64,000 nucleotides of DNA from Pecten maximus (lineage: Eukaryota): assembly GCF_902652985.1 (NCBI RefSeq), contig NC_047021.1:22878001-22942000 (forward strand). Direction: 5' to 3'. Below are positions 14,001 through 26,800 of the stretch, one piece after another. The position numbers were made by a program, and so were the translations under genes. The notes beneath the pieces are model-generated. The model made no database searches. It was not told the DNA's origin and saw only the letters and a list, made by a program, of their open reading frames with translations. Position 1 is the first letter of the stretch, and the number at the start of each line of letters is the position of its first letter.

Positions 14001-17000
14001 ATGACGTTTTCAGCACAAGTTTCTAGCGATCAGTTATTCTTCATGAACTTTGATGATAACTGAGAGATTTAATTAAAGAGTAACAAAGTTGATGGTTAAA
14101 CCCTGCCTTTCCTCAACCCATTATCCACCTGCTCAGGGTACACAAGTCTGACGCACTCTCTGCTCCTCGCATGATAAACTTTGGCAAGTTTTTTTTTACG
14201 TCCTGATATAAAACTGCCTCCATTTGCATCACTGCTGTTGGCTGCATTTATAAGCCATTACGTTAAAGTGTTTGATCACCTAGTCTGTTGGAAGGATCAT
14301 TCCATCGCAAGGAGACAAATTCTGCTTCCACTTCATCATTATAGATTTAATGAAACTTAAAATCGACAATCACCTCTCGTCTTTAGCAGTGAGTTATGAC
14401 CGAACTCTTGGCACCACTGACACATCCATTTTTCAGTTTGGTAATGTTGATGTAGAGTACCTGTTCGTGGCTGAACACTGGTAATTGTAATAATGTATGC
14501 CAGATTATCAGGTTCATCCAGAAGAGCCCTGGGGTTGGTGTTTGCCAGTTAGTGGGGTGGTTTTGGAGAATGTTCAATTGTTTTTTGAGTGTACTGCCCG
14601 TAGATTCACTAATTTTCCGTATGAAATGAGGACGACAGGTAGCACTTGACTGCAGTTAACATTTAAGTTGTGGCATGAGCCAAGCCTTTGAAGTAGAGAA
14701 TTGCCAGAACCTGATATTGTCAAGGAAGGGACAGCCTTTCTATAAAGTAATGACAAAACAGTCTAACACCTGGTTCTGCTTTCTTCTATGGGGTCAGTAA
14801 TTGGTGGAATGGGTTATTTTAAGGGGAGTGTGGATTCGCCCCACCATACCCTTTTCAAGTCCTATAACCACAGTCAGCTTCACCCAAACATACCCTAACC
14901 AAGTCCTAGGACCACAGTCAGCATCACCCTAACATACTCTGTCCCCACAGGCCCACTGTATCCCCACAGGCCCACTGTATCCCCATAGGCCCACCTTATC
15001 CCCACAGGCCCACTCTGTCCCCACAGGCCCACTGTATCCCCACAGGCCCACTCTCCCCACAGGCCCACCTTATCCCCACAGACCCACTCTGTCCCCACAG
15101 GCCCACCTTATCCCCACAGGCCCACTCTCCCCACAGGCCCACCTTATCCCCACAGGCCCACTCTGTCCCCACAGGCCCACCTTATCCCCACAGGCCCACC
15201 TTATCCCCACAGGCCCACTCTGTCCCCACAGGCCCACCTTATCCCGACAGGCCCACTCTGTCCCCACAGGCCCACTCTGTCCCCACAGGCCCACCTTATC
15301 CCCACAGGCCCACCTTATCCCCACAGGCCCACTCTGTCCCCACAGGCCCACCTTATCCCCACAGGCCCACTGTATCCCCACAGGCCCACTCTGTCCCCAC
15401 AGGCCCACCTTATCCCCACAGGCCCAATCTGTCCCCATAGGCCCACTGTATTCCAATAGGCCCACTGTATCTGCATGACATTTCTGTATGAGATATATTG
15501 GAGCCCATGGAATCATCGGGTTTTCTTCTGTGTCTTCTGCTGATCGATCATTAAAAAAGTGTCTGCTGTCCCATTGTTACACTAAAACCCTATATTTCAC
15601 TATATTTGCTCGTTTCCTTTGCGGTAGTCTCTAGTTGATATTTGACACATTATCTGTTATAGGGAAATTATACCCTGAACAAATTAGCATAGATATCATT
15701 AAACAAAATACACCAATACATCACAGGAAAACAGGACAACACAAGATAAGCACATGATGATACTTTTTATATAGATTAAAATGTATTTCCTTAATAAAAT
15801 GTGGGGTTTGAGCCAACTATTGTGTCTGGTTGTCTACATTGTAGTACCCCAGGTAACCTCCACGAACTCGACCCTGAGACACCAGATATCAGTCTGGGGC
15901 TGTGTACTGGGAGACACCAGTATCATCCGTGTGTTTCCCACTTCCTGTACTGCCTGGGTTATATTCTCACTCCTTTGGCCTGACCTGCCATCTTGGAGTC
16001 CCTTAATGTTCCCGAGACAGCAGTTTCTCCCTGTGTGTCTGGCAGATCTAGGCAGTTCTGTGGAGCCTCACATGTTTTCCTTGTGGAACTGTTTGCCAAC
16101 AAATGATGGCTTGTGTACAGCGGTACCACATCCACACATAATGGCATAGGTACAAGGGCCATTGACTTTGTCAGTACCTATTGGGAAAAGTTGAAATCAT
16201 CATACCTGTTATGTTGAAAAAAAAACATTATAAGCATGTTTGATGCTTATTGGAAGCTTGTTGAACATGGTTGATCTTCTCCAGCGTCTTTGTCTGGGCT
16301 ACAATAGTTGTAATTTTTAACAGTGGCCTATATATATTTTCTGGTGTGATGATCAGATGGGTGTCCAGATCAGGGTTACAGGTCTGTAGTTGATTGAGGG
16401 AGTGAACTGTTCATTAGAATACGATTAACAGCTCAATGTCCAGAATTGTTGTATGGTGAGTGTATCTCTAAGGGAGAACTGACAGGAGTTCATCAAGGTG
16501 TCTTATTGATACTAAACCCTACGAATTAATAGACAACAAGCATATCCTTTGAAAATTTTCATTTTTCAATAATTGATTGAGACATTGATAGTAGTGTGAG
16601 TTATATTTAGGTCTGTCTGAAGTGTGTGATCAGATTTGATAACAAAGTATTAGTTCTACATGTTGTGTACATTTTGACAAAACCTATCAGTGCTATTTTG
16701 ATAGCATTGTGCGGTGATCCCTGGGAACTCTCAAGAGCATGCAGGGATCATTAATGTTTCAACCTTCACAAAAAACATAAAGGTAAGGTGAAGATTTTAT
16801 ACTGCTCGTGTTCCATGCATTTTGCAGTTTTGTCAATCTTTAGAAGTATTTTTCTAAGATTGAATGGGTTAAAAATATATCATTTCAAAGACAAGTTATC
16901 CCGGAAATCTACCTAAATAGATTTGGTTTCCTTCTCTTGTTACGTGATCCGATATGGTCTCTTTGAGTTACAAGACCTTGTCCAGGGTAACACAGGATAG

Positions 17001-20000
17001 TTTATGCATTCAAAAGTAGAAAGGTTTTCTTTCGATTGGTACAGACATTTATGAGGCCTGGGAGCTGTATAAGTGTCCCGACCCTGGAAAGGTCACAGTG
17101 GATCCAACTCGTATTACCCAGCGCACTGCCTCATCCAGTGACAACTCCAATTGCTATTGTGTCCATGTGTATATCCAAATCTACTACTTCTTTTAGTAAA
17201 AACTGTTTAGTGACAGAAAGTTGTAATTTTGTGTAATGCCGTAATAGACAATGATTGTGAACAGTGATAGAACCATTTGATCTGCTCTTCAGTTTCAAAG
17301 CCGAGGGATGTTGAATTAATTTGGCTGTCATTAACAAGGCCTTTTAGTTCTATGTTTTTTATCACTCAAATTAAAACATCAAACGTAGTAATGACCTATA
17401 TTTTTTTTACTGACAATGAATCAGAGCTCTACATTTACAGGGAGATAGCTGTGGTTATGATACATTTATTCATTATCTACTTCCAACATGAAACAAGGAT
17501 CACTTGTTTCTTAACATAGAAAATGTTTGTGTTGGCATATTGTGTTATAAAACTTCATTGATAGTATGTGGCATGAATACGTAATGATGAATGCCATGAT
17601 ATTGATCCTTACTGTAACACCCTGACAATAATGACGTCAATTTCAAACATAATTTTAACAAATTTTTTTTTAGTTTTCGTTGTACTTTTTCACTTTGAGA
17701 AGGGCAAATGGATAGGTAACAAGGACTGACTACTGGGAGAAACAGACTGAGAACGAATCAACGTGGAGAAATGAAGAGAGGAGATATAGAATATACTCAG
17801 TATTTCAGGCCTCCAGGCCTCAATACATGCTATTTCAATAATGTTTACACATTAAAGTCATATTAATATACTAAAAGAATATTAAGGATATTAAAATTGA
17901 TGTTAGATTTTCTAAGTTTTGTAAGATTAGGTATCAGTAAATGTTTTGTTGTGATAAAAGCCATACAGATTAGTATAAATGTGGGTAGGGGTGGGGGGTA
18001 GGGGTTAGGAATAGGGGTAGGGGTGGGAAGTAGGGGTTAGGAATAGGGGGTGGGGTGGGAAGTAGGGGTTAGGAATAGGGGGTGGGGTGGGAAGTAGGGG
18101 TTAGGAATAGGGGTAGGGGTGGGAAGTAGGGGTTAGGAATAGGGGGAGGGGGTGGGAAGTAGGGGTTAGGAATAGGGGGTGGGGGTGGGAAGTAGGGGTT
18201 TAGGAATCGTGGTGGTAGGGATGGGAAAGTAGGGGTTAGGGAATAGGGGTTGTGGGGTTTGGGAACAGTGGTTTAGGAATAGGGGTAGGGGGGGTGTGGG
18301 AAGTAGGGTTAGGAATAGGGGTAGGGGTGGGGAAAGGAGGGCGTTAGAAAGGGTAGGGTGGGAAAAGTAGGTTTGGAATAGGGGTGGGTGGGAAGTAGGG
18401 TTAGAGGAATAGGGGTGGGAATGGGAAAGTAGGTGGTTAGGGAATCGGGTGGGTGGGGAAGTAGGGGTTAGGAATCAGGGTGGGGTGGGAAGTAGGGGTT
18501 AGGAATCAGGGTGGGGGGGGGAAGTAGGGGTTAGGAATCAGGGTAGGGGTGGGAAGTAGGGGATTAAGGAATAGGGGGTGGGGTGGGAAGTAGGGGTTAG
18601 GAATCAGGGTGGGGTGGGAAGTAGGGGTTAGGAATAGGGGTAGGGGATGGGAAGTAGGGGTTAGGAATAGGGGTAGGGGTGGGAAGTAGGGGTTAGGAAT
18701 CAGGGTGGGGTGGGAAGTAGGGGTTAGGAGTTGGAGTGGGGATGGGAAGTAGGGGTTAGGAATCAGGGTGGGGTGGGAAGTAGGGGTTAGGAATCAGGGT
18801 GGGGTGGGAAGTAGGGGTTTAGGAATCAGGTTGGGGTGGGAAGTAGGGGTTAGGAATCAGGGTGGGGTGGGAAGTAGGGGTTAGGAATCAGGGTGGGGTG
18901 GGAAGTAGGGGTTAGGAATCAGGTTGGGGTGGGAAGTAGGGGTTAGGAATCAGGGTGGGGTGGGAAGTAGGGGTTAGGAATCAGGTTGGGGTGGGAAGTA
19001 GGGGTTAGGAATCAGGGTGGGGTGGGAAGTAGGGGTTAGGAATCAGGGTAGGGTGGGAAGTAGGGGATAAGAATCAGGGTGGGGTGGGAAGTAGGGGTTA
19101 GGAATCAGGGTGGGGTGGGAAGTAGGGGTTAGGAATAGGGGTAGGGATGGGAAGTAGGGGTTAGGAATAGGGGTGGGGTGGGAAGTAGGGGTTAGGAATA
19201 GGGGTGGGGTGGGAAATAGGGGTTAGGAATCAGGGTGGGGTGGGAAGTAGGGGTTAGGAATAGGGGTGGGTGGGAAGTAGGGGTTAGGAATAGGGGTGGG
19301 GTGGGAAGTAGGGGTTAGGAATCAGGGTGGGGTGGGAAGTAGGGGTTAGGAATCAGGGTGGGGTGGGAAGTAGGGGTTAGGAATCAGGGTGGGGTGGGAA
19401 GTAGGGGTTAGGAATCAGGTTGGGGTGGGAAGTAGGGGTTAGGAATCAGGGTGGGGTGGGAAGTAGGGGGGTGGGGAGGGAAGTAGGGGTTAGGAATCGG
19501 GGTAGGGATGCCAAGGGCTACTTTTGGGGTATAGGATGTGGGCTTTTAGGGGATGTGATGAGGGGTTGGGAATGGGTTGTGGGGGTTAGGGATGCCAGGG
19601 GCTGTGTTTGGGGGATAGGATGAGGGAGAGGACAGAGGACAGAGTGAGACATCTAGCTGTTGGACAGTGTGGTCTAAGACCAGTCTCTGTTTGGGAGTAA
19701 TTAGTGTAATCGTATTTATTTCTGACAAACTATTAACCCTCCCTTGGGTTTCAGATAACTGTAATCAACTTGACTTTGTCTGCTTAACCTCTACAGACAT
19801 CCTGTTATGAATAGAAGTAATAGCTTTTGACTTTTGAATACTCCCAAAGTTGGTCCTGTTGCCTTTGTACCTTTAACAGAGCTATTTCTAGTGGTCAGAG
19901 GAACAAAACACATTTCAAATGGAGAAGAGAGTTTTGTGGATTTAACCTTGCACTAATAGGATTTGTAGGTCTTGCACTATGCACTGGTCGTGTCATGCTG

Positions 20001-23000
20001 TTGGTCAGATGGTTCTGGTCTTTGGTCGGCTATATTGACCAGACCTAAGCCTCAAAAACCTAAAATGGATCTCGCCATACATTCTAATAGATTAGTGTTG
20101 ATTGTTCAAATCTGTACCTTAATTAAGATCAATGTTGACCCGTTGGATATCAATAATGGCTGTACTCGGATGACCCCTGACCTTTGACATGACATAGATA
20201 CCAGCTGTAATAGATCACAATGAGAGGGAGATAGGCACAATTAGCCTGGGATATCCTGTCAAAGTTCTTTATGGAAAAAACAGCAACAAGTTTGACATGT
20301 CCTTTTTAACATGTGTCAGAATGTCCAGTGAAAACTCTTATCTAGGTCGACAGCCCTGATTAGGTATTTCTCATTAAAGCTTCGTCCACATTCATTGAAA
20401 GGTTGTCAACCCATTCTCCCGTTTCAAGTAAGAAAGATTGACAGGAATGAAGCAATAAATCCACTGTCTTTAATTGATACATGTACTATTGCCACGCCCC
20501 ACTGATCAGTGTAGCCATGTTAATCAAGTTACCCAGTGACTCCCTCACAGGGAGCTGTCAAAACCATCTCCTAAGAAAGTGAAATGTAAGGGATGGTTGC
20601 CTTTTATGAGCTTGTAAAGGTCAGAAAGGAAGAGAGTTTCAAACACAATGGTTGTCTCAGCAGTCAGAGGGGTTAGCTTTGTTTCCACCTCCCGAGTGTC
20701 AACCTATCCTTGTTGGTTAGCCCTGCTCTTAAATCCTGGCCGATCTTTTTATCTTTTTTATCTGTGGTTGTGGTGTCATGTGTATGACCCAAGTTTTGTT
20801 TTACTGCCAGTTAACAGCCATTCCCTCTTCATCAATGTCCAATATCCATAAAGTTTAATATCTTATAAATTGTTTTGATGTTCCTGATCAGAATACAATT
20901 AATTGAGTAGATAATACAACATAAACAATTAGTACATTGACAATTATCTCTTGTAGAGTGGTTTTATATAAATAATCCTATTCAAAACTTTGGACATCCA
21001 ATTAATTAAATTGATAATTAATTGTGACAGAACTGTTAAAAAATTCTGTCGCCTAATTATAAAGCATTCAAATCAAAATACACTAGCTGTACATTAAGGG
21101 CTTGACGGACATTATCCTTACATCATTTGTGACATTATGTGATTATATAACAGATTTAAAACCTTGAGGACTAAAAGCTTTGTCAGTATAGGTGTGATGA
21201 CTTTCCTGAGGAGTCTTCGTCATTTTGACAATTGTTTATCTTTATTCCCATCAAATAAGATATGTTTTTAGAATTGTTCAATAAACATTTGAATTGAATT
21301 GAATTTTCAACTACATACTGTTACATTTCTCTATGCCTTTAGAACCTTGCACCCACACTGAAGTAATGGTTTATCAACTAGCTGTGGTAACACATGGCAT
21401 CACTGTACGTAGGTTTGAGTTTTAGAGATATCTATCATGTCTACTTCTAATGACAAATACAAACGTTTAATGTCAGTTGAATTAGTGCTATTAGTATCTA
21501 AATTCTGTGCAGTGCGTTTTCAAGTTTGAACTAGAGAGCAGAAATATCAAATAATCGGCTTTGTATCAAAATTTAACAGAATATAATGCTATTCTTTTCC
21601 TTATGGAAGTGTTGAATCTGTCAACAAGGAAGTGCTACAAATGTATTCATGTCAACAAAGAAATGCTACAAATGTATTCATGTCAACAAGGAAATGCTAC
21701 AAATGTATTCATGTCAACAAGGAAATGCTATTTCTAAATCACAGAGTTTTAGTCCACACTGGAGTCTTATAAACTATTTGTTGTATTTAAATGTCAACGT
21801 AAAATCTATGGAATCCTTTGTTGTGTTTTAGTATGTTTTCAAAACTAATAAACAAATCAATAAGAGTTTTAAGACAATCTAAGAAAGGTTAAAAAGATCT
21901 GTAATTAAAAGTGATGAAATGATGTGATAATTGACAAGCCGCCCCGGTTAACAAGTGCAGTTTTGAAAACAAGGGTAGTGAGTGTATGGTGATGCTGTGT
22001 GTAGGGTCTGGTCTCTAACTGATGCGTGATGATACCGAGATGCAGTCCAGACCCGGAGATCCCGTAAAACATCACTTGGAGAGAGCCTGCTACCTGTCCT
22101 TAATAGCAATTAATTGTTACATGTACATATTGTCTGGTTTTAAAGTCAGTTATTTTTTTGTTTTGGTAACACAGGCCATAGGTTACTGTGGAGGGGTGCT
22201 GTGATGTGTTAACTACACACTAAACACTAGCCTAGCTCGGAAAGCATTGCCGTTTCCTGGTGAAGGAAAACTCTAGTACTTGAGATTTAGATAACCTTCC
22301 AGGGCTGTTAAATTCCCTATTGGATTACTCCAAACAGGAGGGGTTTACTCTCACAGTGTAATCACATTATCACTCGATTATGTAAGTGTAGATCTGTTAT
22401 TGGCTATAATGTATTAAATGTTGACCTGATAGGGGAATATGTGAATTAATCTTGCGGACTTTTTGTCTGAAGTTATTATACATGGTCAGTACAGTTAAAC
22501 TACTGGACGACTAATGTACACATAGGTACCAATACACAGTCCCACTAGGACCTCTAATCAGGGAGGGTACAAAACCATACAGATACATGGTATCTAAGTT
22601 AAACCCTTACACATACACCAGTTATACAAGTACTAAATGGTACAAACATTGATTAGATGATCAGTTGGTTCTAATATGATTCATGTTTGGTCGCCAGTCC
22701 CTACCTTGGTCATACATGGAGTTGAGGGCTCTATAGTACAAATACAATCTGTACCTTGGTCATACATGGAGTTGAGGGCTCTATAGTACAAATACAATCT
22801 GTACCTTGGTCATACATGAGGTTGAGGGCTCTATAGTACAAATACAATCTGTACCTTGGTCATACATGGAGTTGAGGGCTCTATAGTACAATCTGTACCT
22901 TGGTCATACATGAGGTTGAGGGCTCTATAGTACAAAGACGTCATTCATCGGGTTGGGGGTACTTTATTATAAACACAGTCTGTACCTTGTCATACATGGG

Positions 23001-23785
23001 GTTGAAAGCTCTTTAGCATGAACACAAGCCGTACCTTCTCATCAATGGGGTTGAGGTCTCTATGGTTAAAAGTAACAGATTTATCTTGAAATTTTCAGTA
23101 ATGCATTTATTTCTGCTGACTGCATGCTTATAAAACTGTCGATGCTGTCTGGGGTATCATCTGTCCATTCATCTCCTTGGCCACCCATCTGTATAACATG
23201 GTTTTTAGCTTGTTCATCTGACAGCACATCCATCTGTCCTGTCTGGCCCTTAGCAAGGAACTCTGACTGGTCAAAACTGACCATTCCAAGTTTGAACATA
23301 CTTAATGTAGACCCCCATGGTACAATGCTGTTGAAGAGAAAGATGGCTGTCGAGGAGTCTAGAGATGATTTACTATTTAATCCTTCTGTCTTTTCTATCC
23401 AAAGCATTGTTATCTTTAAACATATATCTAAAGAATCTTTCTTAAAGAAATAAATGATAATAAATATTTTGATAATTGATGAGATATTTAAACATAGAAA
23501 AGGCAAACAGATTTGAGGATTATTTCTGGTATATAAGGATTTGAAGTGATTTGTAATTGTTGTTGTTATGGTTACCTGCTGACAAGGATATGATGTTTTG
23601 GTGAGGTGGTCAGTAGAGGGCTAATCATCACCCTAGGAAGGCAACTGATCCTAACAAAACATAATCCTAATGGCCACATGGACCACTGCTCACAAATGTC
23701 TACAACCATTAAACTCTGATAAGTTATCTCCCTTTGAAAGAGAAATGTTTTTGAGGGTGGGGGGAGGTAAGAAGGTGATGGAAAA

Positions 23786-23839
<54 letters not shown>

Positions 23840-26800
23840 TAGACAGGTATGGAAAGTAAAAGGTAAAAGGAAGATAGGTATTAAACAATGGTGGCGGGTG
23901 CCCAGGCATGAGTAAGGAGGGAGGGATGGGAGTATGGAGGGGGGCGGGGGGGGGGGGGGAGTTGGAGTTAGAAGGCAGGGGGTATATAGAATTTAAGGGG
24001 GAGGGGTTGAACAATAGGGTAAGGAGTAGGCTAAAAACAATAGAGGGAGGAGAATTTGGGGTGTATGACGTACAGAGGAAGAGCAAGGAGAAAGCATCAT
24101 CACGTTACCTTGGCACTGTGTAGCAGGCAGATTGTATTATAGGCTGTGTTTACTGTGTTGGTGCTATTACAGCTTTCATCTCATATTAACAATCCAACTC
24201 TATTTGATTCTGCACCAATGAACAGTAAACCATTCTCTGTAAACAAAACACATTTCACTGTCATGTAATCCGTAAATATGGTCGTCATTGGCGTCTGTGA
24301 GAAGGCTGAATGTGTACTTGTTGACCCTATTTTGATATCTCCGGTGTTGGACAGTACAATAATGAATACCAGAGACAGACTTCCATAGACAGAAATCTAT
24401 CCCACCAGGTATCTTACGTTTACGTTCAATAATACCAAGTTTTCAGCAGTTGATACCAGATTTTTAGTAACCATGTCTGACATCTATCTCGGTAAAATTG
24501 ACATAATGTATTGAAGTTCCTGATTGGTGGAGAAAAACCTATCTGAGAGAATATACTGATTCAGATCCAAATCAGTGTTAATTAAACTTACTTAAAAAGA
24601 TGTGTACTTTAAACTACATCCGCTTCCATGTGGAGAATGTGAGAGCTGGTAATTCAGCTACCTTAAATTACATTCTCACTTGATCCAAGATTTTTCCTTA
24701 GGTTTCTCCCAGCTTTTGGTCAAACCACAAATGGGCTTTATTATCAGCAGAGGGGATAATCCAGTGAAGGACTACACTGAGTTTTTGTATCAACCATTTC
24801 CTGGTCAGCCACAAATGGGTGTGGAGATTGCAGATGGAAGCCAGGTTCAGGTCCACTGGTGATGCTGCCTTTGATAGTGCCATCGCTTGCTGTGTTGTGG
24901 TAGCCACATCCATGTATCTATAATAGCTCGGGAAGCTGATGTCACTAGAGTCTTTATCTTGGGTTAAGATTCGTGGTTAGCTTATTCAGAGAGCTAAGGT
25001 TTCTGGAAACATTATTTTGTGCATACTTCATGGTTTTTTGTTTTTCTTATCAGGGTTGTTTTTGTAAGGACTTGTTTGTTTAATGAGAGAGAAAAGAAGG
25101 TTCCTAGTTCCCTGAGTAATACAGAGAGCATGATAAAAATTGACCACAACAAGAATGTACAGTTCCCACCAAACCGCAGCAACTTTTACTGCATAACTTG
25201 ATGATGTCATCACTTGTTGTGCATTATGACTCCAAACCACAATTACTGATATGGTAGGAAGAAAAGGGGTCCTCCCAATATCTGGTAAAGTGTACCTAAA
25301 TGAAGGATCGTTTGTTGTACACTGTGTTGTCTAAACTACAATTAATGATATGTAGGAAGGAAGGTGATCCTTCCAAGATCTGGTGAACTGTTTATGTACC
25401 AATTTGGTGATGTCATCATGTGTTGTGTTTTTCTCTTTGGCATTTTGGCATGAGATTTCAAACAACAAATGCCGACTCTGGTTTTAGAAGTCGATCTCCA
25501 CACTGACATATTATTTGCTGTTATGTTATTTTCTGTGTGGAAAGATATTGGAACAATAAACCACCAGCATTGTTTTGATCCTGGGTGGCAAGGGGAGATA
25601 ACTTTCTTGACATATCTTTTGTTAGTGGTTTTAGATAAATAAGAAAAGCTACCAAAGTTGTAGAAATTCTGAAGAGCTTACAACTCAAGGATAACAAATG
25701 ACTAATTGAAGGTAAAATATAAAATTTTCAAATTTTTGATTTGTTAGTTTTTTTCCCCAGCAGAACACTGGGTCCAGCTGACACAGTGTTGGCTGAGAAA
25801 TGAGTAAACCCTATACATTTATCACTACGACAGTTATGTACCATTTTTGGCTCAGACTTTCAACCCTTCAATTACCCTTTAAAATGAGGAGAGAATTTGA
25901 TTTGGAGTTATGTTGTTGTAAATGTGTGCAGATGTCAAGTGTCTGGGCATAAAACAACTTAACTATCTCTAACAATGTCTATATCAACCCTACACAGGAG
26001 GGGGGCTTCAAAGAATTAGTGAGGGGACCTTGTACAAGGGAGGGGGGCATACAGTCCTTCACACAGTTAGGTGTGGGAGGAGGATGAGGGAAACCCTTAC
26101 AGTTGGGAAAGGGGGGAGGGTCCTTACTCACTCAGACAAGGGACCCTCACACAATCTGGTAAGGGAGGGAGGGGGGGGTGGGGGGGGGGGGGGGGGGGGG
26201 GAGCTCACACAGTCAGGACAGAGTTACACATCATAATAAATTGTTTGAGTTGTTGTAATTTCATGTAATTGATAATCAGCCGAACAAATTGCAACACTTG
26301 CCCCTTATCAACAGTAAGTTATTAGAAGCTACAGGAGAATTTACAAGTAGCTGTCTGGTGAACTGAGTCACACTACAGAGGGCTATAACAACTGAGGAGT
26401 CAAGAACCTGTTGACAATCGCACCTTCACACATCTCTCTCCGCCAACTTTGAGGGGAGATGAAGTTACAGTCATTGTTATTTAAAAGAGTAATGTTACTG
26501 TCATTTATAAAACTCTATAGTATTGCAGAGTTCTGTTATAGTTCCATTTCTGACCTGGTTCGGATGGGATGGAGAAGGTTTCTGACGTAAATGAAAAGTT
26601 GGGTGAAATTTCTACATAACTCATAGGGTTGACGTTTCCTGTGGAATCTCTGATTGAACGAAAGTTTATTTAGTGTTATGATTATATAGAAACAATTTAG
26701 GGTTGAAGATACGTGTCTATACAGTGAGGTTTGTAGAGATTTTCTGTGTAGAAGTAGTGATATGGTTGTGTGGAGGTTTACTACACAGCTATGTAAAGTG

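Noticed and set aside
17983-19500. Telomere-like GGGTTAGG motif
   Set aside because: One motif per 31-bp unit, not tandem TTAGGG or TTAGG; not an interstitial telomere.
21964-21985. tgaaaacaagggtagtgagtgt resembles mature miR-71 as I recall it
   Set aside because: It needs a gap in the seed, has no complementary arm to form a hairpin, and no miR-2 cluster is seen nearby.
23670-24123. Poly-Gly and poly-Pro ORFs
   Set aside because: Produced by the poly-G tract and its G-rich flanks.
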